Assembly (NCBI RefSeq): GCF_036321535.1
Contig: NC_087436.1
Coordinates: forward strand, 28,584,001-28,648,000
Reading direction: 5' to 3'
Source: Camelus dromedarius
Lineage: Eukaryota
DNA: 64,000 nt
This document shows positions 26,105 through 38,408 of the stretch, piece after piece. Position numbers and translations under genes: made by a program. A model generated the notes under the pieces. It had not been told where the DNA came from and searched no databases. It saw only the letters and a list, made by a program, of their open reading frames with translations. Position 1 is the stretch's first letter; every line of letters begins with the position of its first letter.

Positions 26105-26508
26105 CACAAATATAATTTTATATTGTTTATTTTAAAAATAAATTTTCAGATAATTCCAGTGAAAAAAGCAGTTGAAACTGACAAATGGAAATTTCTAGAG
26201 CAAAGAGTGGTTACAGTGTTTTGCTCCCCAAAGTGAAATTGAATAACTACTCCCCTTGCACTTGCGTCCTTAGGCTGCTTCTTCATTCCTGTTTCTCCAG
26301 TAATGGTTGGCCAATGCATTACTACCCACTGTGGCAATGCCACTAATGATGTTGCTGCAATTGCTGCTGCAATGGCATCAAAAGACTTCTTCAGGCTATT
26401 AGGCCAGATGTAAAAGCGAGACAAGTTCAATCTGGACCCCTGAAGAGCCACTCTCCAAAGTCTTGTCAGCTGTAATCTCTCTGAAAGCTCCTGGTCATCA
26501 GGTCTAGC
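26105..26508 (-). other. Candidate terminal exon of an unidentified minus-strand gene (120-codon open frame, or mostly UTR)
   Basis: Acceptor ttttctgtttgctgtag|GCTAGA at 26509/26508; GC-richer unique sequence; phase-0 frame open to TGA at 26146-26148 (ARPDDQELSERLQLTRLWRVALQGSRL...FFTGII*); AATAAA (minus) at 26126-26131. Confidence 0.5.
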
Positions 26509-27149
26509 CTACAGCAAACAGAAAATCCCAATAGGTAGTCTGTTAAAAGAGAATAGAAAAATCAGTGGAATTAGATGATTTTATGGCAATTCAATCAATG
26601 AATGGGACAATTTTTCCATTTTTACCTATTTTTTAAACATTTTATTTGACTAGTGTATAGGCATAACTTCTGAAAATTATTTGAAAAGTTCATGCTTATA
26701 TGCTTTGCACTTAATTTTTTGTACTATGCTTGTAAATTACTGTCTTTGAACAGCACAGGACTTCTGAAGACAAGGGAAATAAATCTGAACTGATGAAATC
26801 AATTCTGTAATGCACAATTTAGTGCAAATTAATATAAATTCCATTTGTTTTCAGGTTTCCCATAATAATAAGAAAAAACTCTTACTTTGTTATTCTATTA
26901 TAAAATCTATTGCCTGGTGTTTTGACATATACTTGCCTTAAAATGTTAGATTATGTACTAATACATATAATACTCAACTAAGAATAATATGAAAATCTGA
27001 AGTTTTCAATTCTTCCATAAGCAGTATTTTCAAAAAGAATGAGAAAATATTTATAATCATTAGATTCATTAATGTTGATTTAGAATAATTTAACTATACT
27101 TTTCATAATAAATTATTATATAATTTCTTCAAAGATACCAGAATAGTCT

Positions 27150-27560
27150 TTTATTTTTTAATTGAAATATATTAATTTACAATGTTGTGTTAGTTTCTAC
27201 TGTACAGCATAGTGATTCAATTATACATATACATATATATTCCTTTTCATATTCTTTTTCATTATAGACTATTACAAAGTATTAAATATAGTTCTCTACG
27301 CTTTATAGCAAGCTCTTGTGGTTTAGCTACTTTATATGTAGAAGTATCTGCAAATCCTAAACTCCCAATTTATCCCTCTCCATCCCCTTTCCCCGCTGGT
27401 AACAGTAAGTTTGTTTTCTATGTCTGTGAGTCTGTCTCTGTTTTGTAAATAAGTTCATTTGTTTCCTTTTTTTTAAGATTCCATATACAAATGATATTAT
27501 ATGGCATTTTTCTTTTTCTTTCTGTCTTGCTTCACTTAGTATGGCAATCTCCAGGTCTAC
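27150..27560 (-). mobile_element. 5'-truncated L1 3' end (artiodactyl-type)
   Basis: T-rich tail then 'aatttacaatgttgtgttagtttc...gtttgttttctatgtctgtgagtctg...ttcacttagtatggcaatctccaggtc'. Confidence 0.85.
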
Positions 27561-28329
27561 CTTTTATTAAACATTAGAATAGAATTACCAAGTCTTACCT
27601 TTGGTTAAAAAATATAAATCACTTGATGTTGTTTTGTACTTTTTCACTGACAACTACGATAAGTTTCAATTCTAAATTGAATAACAAGGTATTGTCAAAC
27701 AACTAGTTTCTGCTCATTTAAGTTCTATGAAAATAATAGAAAAACTAAAGCTCATAAAATTTTTAGTTTTTTTTTCCTTCTTGAGTTATAAAATAATCTG
27801 TGGTAATACCCATACTTATTATTGGTATCAATAAGAAATAAGCAAAAGATGGTTTCTAAGTAACATGAAACAAACTGGCCTTAATGTTTCTTTTATTAAA
27901 ATTTGAAGACAGAAACAAATACAAGATTATCTCTTTTATGCTTATAGAGATGATGATTATATATCACTATATTTAACCTGAAATATAGTCAATATTTTAA
28001 AATATTAATATTTAAGTAAATTCTATAAGTTTCATATTCAATGCTTTGAATTTTGTGATTGTATATATGCAGAATATGAATATGACCTCATCACAGACTC
28101 AGAACATTTTGTTTAAAGAGAACATTTATAATTTTAATGATTGATTGGATAATGAAGAAGGTATTTAGAATTGTTATATAAAGTATTCCTTCCCAGAAAC
28201 ATAAACTTTTCCCAATATGGCTATGTCATTTATAAAATAGAATTAAAATATGATCTGAAGACATGTTTTATTTGGTTCTTCTGTGCACGTATTGATACTG
28301 TCTCAGCCAAACTTGTCATAGTTTTGATT

Positions 28330-29430
28330 TGTATAGCAGACAAGATATCTGGAATAACCATACTGAAAGAAATAATTTCTTAAATCCTACACCGAAAAGT
28401 CTAAGCATGAATAAAAAAGTATAGGTAATTTGGATATCATTAAATTTTTTTAAAACTTCTGTTTGGTATGAAAGAAAGAGAAAAAATTTTATGTATGTAA
28501 AGCTTATCCATAAAAGGATTCATTTAACAATTTACATAGGACTGTAAAAGGACTATAAAGGGAATTCCTACAAGTCAATAAGTAAAAGGTAGGTAATTCA
28601 ATCATTTTTAAATAAACAAAGCCTTGAACAATCACTTCAAAATAGAGGATATCTAAACAGTCTATAATCACATGAAATGTTGCTCAATTATTTAGTTATG
28701 GGGAAATGTAAATATAAAATGACATTGAGATAATACTGCAGATCCAACAAAATCACTTAAAAAGAATTAAATAAAAGCTAGGTATTAACAAATCAGTGGA
28801 ACATCTAGAACTCGCATATAAATAGAGGATTACAAATTCCTACCACCATGTTGAAAATCAATTTGGCAGAATTTATTAAAACTGGGATTCACATACCCCA
28901 TGGTTCACTAAATAGTAGATTATTCACTATATGCCCAAAAGAAATAAGTGTCTGTGCAACATTTGGGTCAATAATACTCATACTGATTTGGTTCAGAGTG
29001 AAAAACTGGAAGCATTCCAATTATCCATCAATGATAAAAGAATAATCTGACGTATATTTATAAAATATAATACCATAGTCCAGTAAAAACAATGAATTAT
29101 TATAATAGACCATAACATGGATAATAATAGACAAAATGTTAAACAAAAGAAGTCAGGCATTAAAAAATATATTCTACATCTTTCCATTTAAATGAAGGTC
29201 AAAAAAAGGCAGACTCAGTATTTGTTGGTAGAAGTCAGAATACTGATAACCTTTGATGATATATTCAAACAAGAAGGAGGCTTCTAAAATGCTAGCAGTG
29301 TTTCATACCTATATCTGTGTGATAGTTATACAGGTGTACACATTTGTAAAAATACATCAAATTACACACTTAATAATTGTACATATTACTCCATATAGGT
29401 TACTCTTCAGTAAAAGTTAATGTAAAATTA
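28330..29430 (+). mobile_element. Old L1 (L1MC/ME) ORF2 end and 3'UTR
   Basis: 'aaaactggaagcattccaattatccatcaat', 'gtttcatacctatatctgtgtgatagttatacaggtgtacacatttgtaaaa'. Confidence 0.7.
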
Positions 29431-29896
29431 GAAAACAAAACAACCTAATTAGGGAAACAGCAGATCAACCCCCACCAGAACTAATACAAGGAGACTGTAA
29501 AATTTGGGCTTGCCATACACGGATTATAAAATATGGGTGTTTCATGTGGGTAAGGAAAAATATGAGTGATGATGTAGAAGCAGATTGATAGTGAGACTCG
29601 GTGAGTCAACATGCAAGCACATACCCTAGAGTACTGTTGCATTTTTGTCTAACTGAGGAGACACAAATAAAAATGTAAATAGCAGCAATATTGTAATAGT
29701 AAACAAATAAACTTGGAATAATCAAAATGCCTATATATATTTGTTTATTTAATATGTACAGTTAAGAACTAGTATGACTATAATATAGACACAGATATTA
29801 ATGGGGATAAATCTGATTAACATAATAGTGAAAAAAAAAGTTCCAAAGAGTCCATATCATATAGTTCAATTTATAGTAAGTTAAAAATCCAAAACT

Positions 29897-30032
29897 AAAA
29901 ATATTGTTTAGGATACATTCATATATATATGAATTCATATATATACGCAGTAATTTAATAAACAAAAATATTGTTTAGGATACATTCATATATATATGAA
30001 TTCATATATATATACGCAGTAATTTAATAAAC
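29897..30032. repeat. Near-perfect tandem duplication (67 + 69 bp) containing an AT palindrome
   Basis: aaaaatattgtttaggatacattcatatatatatgaattcatatatatacgcagtaatttaataaac occurs twice; the copies differ by one AT unit. Confidence 0.95.
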
Positions 30033-30277
30033 AAATTAAAACACAAAATTCTGGATGATGAGGATCTGGGAGGGGCACAATGTGTACTTCAAAGTTTTGA
30101 TAGAAGAATTATTTCCCTAAAGCTTTGCTGTGAGTGCTCAAATCTTCATATTAGCATTATTATTTATGCTTTTCACATAGCTGATAAATGTTTCTCTATG
30201 TGTATTAAAAATTTATTTACACTTCAATTTAAATCAAAGGAATGATAATCTCACAATTCAGGATAATATTTACTTGA

Positions 30278-30403
30278 TGTTTTGTTGTTGTTTGGGAGCG
30301 GAAATAATTTGTTTTGTTTTTTTACACAGAGTTACTAGGGATTGAACACAGGACCTCATGCATGCTAAGCAGGCATTCTACCACTGAGCTATACCCTCCC
30401 CCC
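30278..30403 (-). mobile_element. Vic-1-type camelid SINE (tRNA-Ala derived)
   Basis: Minus strand GGGGAGGGTATAGCTCAGTGGTAGAATGCCTGCTTAGCATGCATGAGGTCCTGTGTTCAATCCC with A/B boxes and an A-rich tail; TSD GATAATATTTACTTGA at 30262-30277 and 30406-30421. Confidence 0.88.
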
Positions 30404-31037
30404 AAGATAATATTTACTTGAGATGAGGAACCGAGAGAGGAAGGCAATGCCAATGGAGAATAGCACACTGGAGGCTTTAAATGGTTTGATAATTTAGTTC
30501 TTAACCAAGTGGAGACACAAAGGTGTTTTTAAATTGTTATCATGTGTGTTTCATATATCTCTGCATATTTGTTTTATATATTTGATATATACTTCTGCAT
30601 ATATATACTTTGGAACATTTTAAAACTAAGTTGTTGCCAACACTTAAAATCAGAAAAAATAATAAATATCTATGTTTTGTGTTTCTCTGAAAGAATAAGA
30701 GGTCTGTGCAAAACATTACAAATAATGGCTATTGTTAGCTCAAAGGAGCCAAGGGTATCTGCTTAAGATTAATGCATTTTCCCTTTTTTTCCATAGTAGT
30801 TGCCAGATCACTTCATTTATAAATTTTATTACATTCACTCCCATTTGTGTTGAAATCTGTAATGGCGATTAACAAATTTTAAAATGTCCTAATCATCTGA
30901 ATGAGCAAATATGTATTATAATATCAGAACAACTAAAAAAGAAAATGCAGCTTCATTTCCAGGATTAAATTTACAACAAACTTCTCAGATAATTTTTTTT
31001 TAGTTGGAAAATATATTTTTTTTTCACTCACTAATAC

Positions 31038-31629
31038 TGAAGGTGTCACAAAATGGCCTCCCTGATGCTAAGACAGCTTACAGAGTTCGCTATGATCTAT
31101 TAACTTGTTTTCCAGAGTTCTTTCTAACCGACTAACCTATTTTACTCCTTGCTACTGCTGTGGTTTAACTTGGCTTGAACTGTTACATGTGGAGCAACCC
31201 TAACCCTATGATTTACACCGTACCCTAAATAACTCGTATCCAAAACCCAGAAGGCATTTTTCAGAAAGAAGGTCACAAAATGGTAACATTGAAGGAACTG
31301 CCAGATCCTCCAAGAGCCCCCACGACAGGGATCAGACCTGATAATACCAAGACCTCGGGCAGTGACCTACTTAACAGGCCACCAGAAGTTCCCAGGACAC
31401 AAGATAAACTTTATAAAAGACTCTATTGTTCATTATCACTGATATGCTCCATCCCTTTTGCCTGTGTAATCACCAAGCCCCAACCCCAGGATGGAGTCAC
31501 ATTTTCCAAGCCTCCTATGACTGCCCTTTGCCAGGCAAAGCAATGAAGCGGCTTTTCTTTGCCCCCAAAAACTCTGCCTCCAAGTTTGAATTTGCTTTTT
31601 GGGGTGCAGAGGCTGATTTATCGGCAACA
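31038..31629 (+). mobile_element. ERV1-class solo LTR (592 bp)
   Basis: TGAAGG...GCAACA termini; perfect 4-bp TSD ATAC (31034-31037, 31630-31633); TATAAAA about 31412; mutated poly(A) signal AATGAA about 31542. Confidence 0.85.
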
Positions 31630-31689
31630 ATACTGCTGTTATTATGTATGTTTTCTGTAAATAGGAGAATAAAGTAATTTTTCTGATAG

Positions 31690-34435
31690 GTAGCACCCAA
31701 CAGTGGAAGGCATGAAACAACTGTAATTGTGGATTTACAACTAAACTTGGAGGACTATACAGAAATTCAGCAAGGACATAAAGGATATGAATAATGGAGT
31801 CAATAATAAGATCTAATTGACATATATAACACTTCACTCAAAAATTATGAATATTTATATTCACTTAAAAAGCAAAAAAACTTTTTTTTGTTCTACTGCC
31901 CATAGAACATTTCACCCAGGGATACCAAAGCCAGGGCCATAAAACAAACCTCAATATAACTAAAAGGACTGGAATCATATAGAGTGTATTCTTTAATCAT
32001 AATGGAATAAAACTGGGAACCGATTATAGAATGACATTAGGAAAATCTCTAAATAAGTGGAAATAAAACAGCTTATTTCTAAGTAGCCCATAGGTCAAGT
32101 AGGAAGTCTCAAAGGAAATAAAAAATACATAGAATTAAGTAACAGTGGAAGCACAACATAGTAAAAGTTTGGGGATGCAGCTAAAGCAGTGCTGATAGGG
32201 AAATCTGTGGTATGAGATTCTTACATTAGAAAAGTAGAAAGGTCTAAAATCCATAATCTAAGTTTCTCCCTCATAAACTAGAAAACAAGAACAAAATAAA
32301 CCCAAAGCAAGCAAACGAGAGGAAAGTATAAAGAGAGTATAAAGATCAATGAAATTGAAAAGTATAAAAATAGAGAAAAATCAATGAAATATTAAGCTGG
32401 TTCTTTGAAAAACGTAAATAATACTGGTAAATTTGTAGCTAGGGTCATAAAAATAAAGAAAAGAGAAATCAATATTAGGAATGAAACAGATATATTGCTA
32501 ACAAACCCTGGAACCACTAAAAAGGATAGTAGGAGAATCCTGCAACTGACTTAATACAGTTTATAAAAAATCCAAAAACAATAAAATATTTAAGTATATA
32601 CATAATAAAATACGACTGATTCTGATGCTGAAAATTGCAACTTCTGCATGAAGGAAGTCAAAGAATACTCAAGTAGTGGAGAAACATCATATTCATGGAT
32701 TGGAAGATTCAATATGGTAAAGATGGCCAATTCTCTCCAATTTGATCTATGTTTTTAATATATAACTTCTATCAAAATAGAAGCAAAGCATTCTGTAGAC
32801 ATAAACTGATTTAAAAATTTGCAATAGCTAAAACAATCTTGACAAAGAAGAATTGGGAGGAATTATTCCACACAACATTAAAATTCTACTATATCTAGAG
32901 TGATCAAGGAATGTGATTTTAGAGGAGAAACAGACATAGAACAATGAAACAGAAAAGAGGACCCAGAAACAGACCCACACAAATATGTTCAACTGATTTT
33001 TTACAAGTGTACAACCATCTCAATGGAGAGAAGACAGTCTTTCCAATAAATTGTACTAGAGCAATTATACATCCAAAGGCAAAATGAATCTTAACTCAAA
33101 CCTCCTGTCTTGTGAAAAATTTACTTAAAATAGATCATGGACTTAAAATATAAGACTATAACATTTCTAGGAAATAAAAACAAAATCATGGGATAATGGC
33201 TAAGAAGTTCTTATACTCTCCAAAAAAAACTGACCATACAAAGAAAAAACTGTTACATTAACCCTAAGCAAAACTAAAAAATTTTGTTCTTCAAAAACTC
33301 ACCTAAAAAGAATGAAAAAAATAAGCTATAGGCTAGGTGAAAATATTTGCAAACTGCATAGCCAACAATTGACTAGTATTCAGAATATAAAGAACTCTAA
33401 AAAGCAACAGAAGAAAGCAATCTGGTTAGAAGATGGACAAAATAAGTGAATAGACACTTCACCAAGGAGGATGTATAAGTAGCACATAAGCAATGAAAAT
33501 ATGTTTAGCATTATTGGCCATTAGAGAAATGCAAATTAAAACCACAATGTGATATCATTACACACCTACCAAAAATGGCTAAAATTCTTTGTTAAAGTGT
33601 CAATACCAAGTAGTAGAAAGATCACAGAGAAACTAGATGACTCATGCAGGGCAGTAGTAATGTAGAAACAGTACAACCACTCTGGAATACAGCTTGGCAG
33701 TGTTTTTGTAAAAACTAAGTGTATAACTAACATACAACCAACAGTTGTACTTTTGGGTATGGATCAATAGAAAAATAAAAACTTATGTTCAAAACAACAG
33801 GACGAGAGTATTTATGCCAGCCTTGTGAGTAATAGACAAAAACTGGAATAAGCCCAGAAGTCCTTCAACTGGTGAATGGTTAAGTGCGCCTAGTTACATA
33901 TGTTAAATCCATAGCATGGGATACTAGTCAGCAACAAAAGGAACAAGCTGTTGAGAACACACAAAATTTTGGATAAATCTGCAGGAAATTATGCTGAGCA
34001 AAAAAAAAAAAAAACCTCAACCTCTGAAGCTTACACACTATATGATACCATTTATATAATATTTTTGGAATAAAAATTTGGAAGTACGTGATAGAGATGA
34101 GAGGACAAAGAAGAGGGAGGTGGGGTGGTTATAAAGGTTTCGAAAATGATTCTTGTGTTGGAACTGTTTAGGATCTTGGCTGTGGTGGTGGACACAGGAA
34201 ACTGCACAGATGATAAATTGATATAGAACTTCACGTGTGCACACACAAACAGGTAAAACTAGGCAAACCCGAATAAAATTGGTGGATTGTATCAATAATA
34301 TCCTGGTTATGATAATTACACAATAGTTTCACAAAATTTGACGCTGGGGAAAAACAGAGCAAAATGTACAAAGGAGCTCTCTTTGTGTTGCTTCTTACAA
34401 CTGCATGTGTATCCAAATTTATCTCTTTTTTAAAA
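31690..34435 (+). mobile_element. L1MC/L1MD element: ORF2 remnants (RT region deleted) and 3'UTR
   Basis: EN-end/linker motifs, 'ttcatggattggaagattcaatat', 'gaaatgcaaattaaaaccacaat', and 3' end 'ttcttacaactgcatgtg'. Confidence 0.85.
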
Positions 34436-35586
34436 AGCTGATTCAGTGCATTGTTTTTATCTAGAGTGGTGAACATCCCTTTTCTGTAACATGAACTTCC
34501 TTGTATGATTGCTAAGTAGAAAAGCAGGAAAATGCGGTAGTCATATTGTTTCATTCACAATCTTTCCTAAGCAAGAAAAGTTTTAAAAGGTGGGGTTAAA
34601 TTTTCCAACAGGAAAAGGCAAGGGTGCTTTGTGAAGCCATAACTCTTGGGCTGTACTTCACAAAAAATTAAAAATGGCTCTGGAGTTTCTTCCACAGAGA
34701 GTTCTACTCTCAACCTTGAGCATCTCTTGGCTGCCCAAAGGATGGCACAGCCCACTGTGCTGACCTGAGTGGCAGTTCCACTGACACAGGACTCCACTTT
34801 TGCTCCATCGTCACAGCCTCTGAGTAACCTTAGCTGTAAGTAAATTGCTGTCAGGACATCTAAATTGTTGCTATTATGCCTATTAATATCACAGGGGCAA
34901 CCTCTATCCAGGCTGAGCTGCCTAAGTGGTCCAAATTATCTCCCCCAAGGACCAATTACTGTTTAACTTACAGCTTTGGTACAGACTTGCATGTATTCTG
35001 AGTTGTCTTCCCTCCAACTTGTTTTCTCATAAATAGGATGATCTGGAGTCCAGAATGGCCCCTGAGAGTCCTGGCTTAATTTTGTCTGTGGCATACTTAT
35101 GAATAGCATCTTCTTTCATTCTCAAAGGTGCCCTAGTTGACAAATTATATGGTTGCCATATTCATAGCCATGTATTTTTAACATAATTTTACAGAATGTA
35201 ACATTTTCAGGAATACATATATTAATTTATAGCAGGAAAGCTCATAACTAAGGAAGTGTACTTGCCTGGATGTACATGTGTAGGATGGTAATTCTCCACC
35301 TGAAAAATGGATGTTTCATTTGTTTATTGTTAGATTGGTTTGCAAAATTAAGGACTAGAAAGGAGAATAGAATTTTCCTTACTCTAATACCAAGTGATGT
35401 TAGACAATGACACAAAAAGAACCACTTTTACAATTCATTATTCAAGTGTGTTATGCGGAAACTATCAAAATTTTGATAATGTGAATTAAAAACTGTAACA
35501 ATTATTTCTCTATCTAATAAATGCTTAATATACAACTCCTCATGTACGAGGCATGAGGTACAATTACCAATTGTGTAATCTCATTT

Positions 35587-35775
35587 AGGAGTCAGTTTAC
35601 TAGCTGGCTGCCTGTTTTGTAAGTAAATTTTACTGGAACACAGCCATACTTATACGTTGTGTTATCCATGGCTTCTTTCTCACTATAGTAGCACGGTAGT
35701 TACAACAGAGTTTATATATTACCTGCAAAGCCTAAAATATATGTCTGACTGTAGAGAAAAAGATTGCTGACTCTA
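35587..35775 (+). mobile_element. MER58A (hAT-Charlie)
   Basis: 'gcctgttttgtaagtaaattttactggaacacagccat...gcaaagcctaaaatat...gctgactct'. Confidence 0.8.
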
Positions 35776-35879
35776 GACCTAAATTACGCTAAAACTATGT
35801 AAAAGTGAAACGCTCCTGTTCTATCATTTTATTTTCTCAAGGCTGTAAAGAAAAGGTGCTAGAAGCATGGGATTCTTTT

Positions 35880-37365
35880 ATTTCCCCCCCAATTTTATTG
35901 TGAAGTAACTGGCATACATCACTGTGCAAGTTTAAAGCACACAGCATGATAGTTTGATTTGCATATATTATAAAATTATTACCACAATAAGTCCAGCTGA
36001 CATCCATCTTCTCATACAGATACAATTTTTTAAAAAGAGAAAAAGAAAAAAAATCTCCTTGTGATAAGAACTCATAGGATTTACCCTTTTAATAATTTTT
36101 CTATATATCATATAGCAGTGTTATCTATAGTTATCACAGTATATGTATATTCCTAATACTTATTCATCTTATAATTGAAAGTTTGTAGCTTCTGACCACC
36201 TTTGTTCAATTTCCTTTCCCTCCACTCTCCACTTCCAGTAACCACTAGTCTGACCTCCTTTTCTATGAGTTTTTGTTTGTTTTTTTAGATTTCACATTAA
36301 GTGAGATAATACAGTATTTGTTCTTCCCTATCTGATTTATTGTACTTCACATATTTCAAGGTCCATCTGTGTTAGATTTTCTCATTTTTTATGGCTGAAT
36401 AATATTTATATATATATATATATCTCATAAATTCTTTATCCATCTATGGACACCTGGGTTGTTTCCACGTCTTGGCTACTGTAAATAATGCTGCTATGAA
36501 CATGGGGTGCAGAAAGTTAGTGCTTTCATTTCCTTTGAATACATTCCCAGAAAGGGAATTGCCTTATCATGTGGTAGTTCTATTTTTAATTTTTTGAGGA
36601 ACCTCCATACTTTTCTCCATAGTGGCTGTACCGATTTATAAACCCACTAATAGTACACAATGTTTCTCTTTTCTCCATATCCATGGCAGCATTTTTTCTC
36701 TCTTACCTTTTCGATGATTGCAGTTCTAAGGTGTGAGGTGATACCTCATTGTGGTTTTAATTTGTATTTGCCTAATGACTAGTGATGTTGAGTATCTTTT
36801 TAGTGTACCTGTTGGTCCTTTCTATACCTTCTCTGGAGAAATGTCTATTCAAGTCCTTTTCCCATTTTTTAAATTGGGTTTTATTTGTTTACTTGTTTGT
36901 TTGCTATTGTGTTGTATGAATTTTTAAATATATTTTGGATATTAACCTATTATTAGATATATGGTTTGTAAATATTTTTGCCATTTCATAGGTTGTCTTT
37001 TCATTTTGTTGATGGTTTCTTTTGCAGTGCAGAATCTCTTTTAGTTTAATATAGTCCCATTTGTTTATTTTTTATTTTTTGCTTGTGTTTTAGGTGTCAT
37101 ATCCAAAAAGTCACTATCAAAGCTCATGTCAAGAAGTTTTATTCCTGTTTTCTGCTAGAAGTTTTATGGTTTCAGGTTTTACGTTTAAGTCTTAATGCAT
37201 CTGAAGTTAACTTTTGTGAGTGGTGTAAGATATTGGTCCAGTTTTATTCTTCTACATGTGAATATCCAATTATCCCAGCACCATTTAATGAAAAGACTGT
37301 CTAATCTCCACTGAGTATTCTTGGATCCCATGTCAAATATTAGTTGACTGTTTAGGTTTGAGTAC
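35880..37365 (-). mobile_element. L1 (L1MA9/L1_Art-like) 3'UTR and ORF2 C-terminal part
   Basis: ORF 37185-37373 (-) '[37 protein letters not shown]' is L1 ORF2p; typical 3'UTR. Confidence 0.92.
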
Positions 37366-37387
37366 AAATCCATCCAGGTAATATATA

Positions 37388-37867
37388 CATCCAGGTAATC
37401 TGTTGTAAATTAAGAATATCATAAGTCAAAAGTGCATTTAACACACCTAACCCACTGCACAACATAGTTTAGCCTGGCCTGCCTAGATGTGCTCATATCA
37501 CTTACATTAGCCGACAGTTGGGCAAATTCATCTAACACAAAGCCTATTTTATAGTTAAAGCATTGACATCTCATGTGATTTATCAAATACTGTACTGAAA
37601 GTGAAAAACAGAATGATAGTGTGGGCTCAGAATGGTTATAAGTGTATTAGTTCTTTCCCCTTGTGATCCCACGGCTGACTGGGAGCTGTGGCTCGCCGCC
37701 CCTGCCCAGCATCCTGAGAAAGCATCTACCTCATATTGCTAGCCTAAGAAAGATCGAAATTCAAAACTCGAAGTTTGCTTCTACTGAATACGTATCACTT
37801 TTGCACTATCCATTATGAAGTAAAAAAAAAACTTAAGCTGAATCATTGTAAGTCAGGGACTGTCTGT
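37388..37867 (+). mobile_element. Tigger5/MER47-type DNA transposon
   Basis: 'gcatttaacacacctaacc...cacttacattagccgacagttgggcaaa...gtaagtcagggactgtctg' followed by TA. Confidence 0.85.
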
Positions 37868-37959
37868 ATATGACATTATATATTATACATATTATATAAC
37901 ATATTATATAACAATATGTATAATATAATAGAGATAAACATGGTCTTACATTTCTGTGA

Positions 37960-38408
37960 CATTTCAGAGGAAAATCCTTGTCCTAAGTCTGGTGCCACAG
38001 AATCAGATCCCAAGATGAGGATTTACTAGGAAGTTTGGTGGAAGAGTAAGGGTGAGAGTTAGGAACTTTAGAAGAAAGAGGACACATCCCAGTTTCTATC
38101 TTCCCTTTTCCACTCCAGGGAAGCTCCAGAGTGTAAATCATGACTGAGTGTGTCCCAGCTCTAGAAAGAGAGCTAGCTGAGTGTTGATTCCCCCTAACCA
38201 TCAGTTATTGGCTAAGTCCTTGCTCCTTCGCTTCACCCCAGGGTTGAAAACTCCTAGGCACTTCTCCCTGAAAAGCAAGCTAACCAACCTGGCATAGTCA
38301 TCTGAAGAGAATCCTATATGAGATGGCTGTGAAGCAAACACACAGATGCCACAGAAACATCAAAAGGATCAGTGGGAATCTGGGAAGAACACCAATGTAT
38401 CCTCTGCA
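37960..38408 (-). mobile_element. LTR33/LTR16-like ERVL LTR
   Basis: Ends 'gggaatctgggaagaacaccaatgtatcctctgca', the antisense of the recalled LTR33/16 5' end. Confidence 0.6.

Larger units (their letters stand above)
29600..30640 (+). mobile_element. Old L1ME 3'UTR fragments (host of the tandem duplication and the SINE)
   Basis: 'atattgtttaggatacat', 'ttcaggataatatttact', 'ggaggctttaaatggtttgataatttagttctt' L1ME-like. Confidence 0.55.

Noticed and set aside
30330..30403. Functional tRNA-Ala gene
   Set aside because: Has an A-rich tail and TSDs and a poor acceptor stem; it is a SINE.
37371..37399. 12-bp direct repeat CATCCAGGTAAT as a TSD
   Set aside because: The copies are only 5 bp apart at the L1/Tigger5 junction and do not flank an element; a local duplication.
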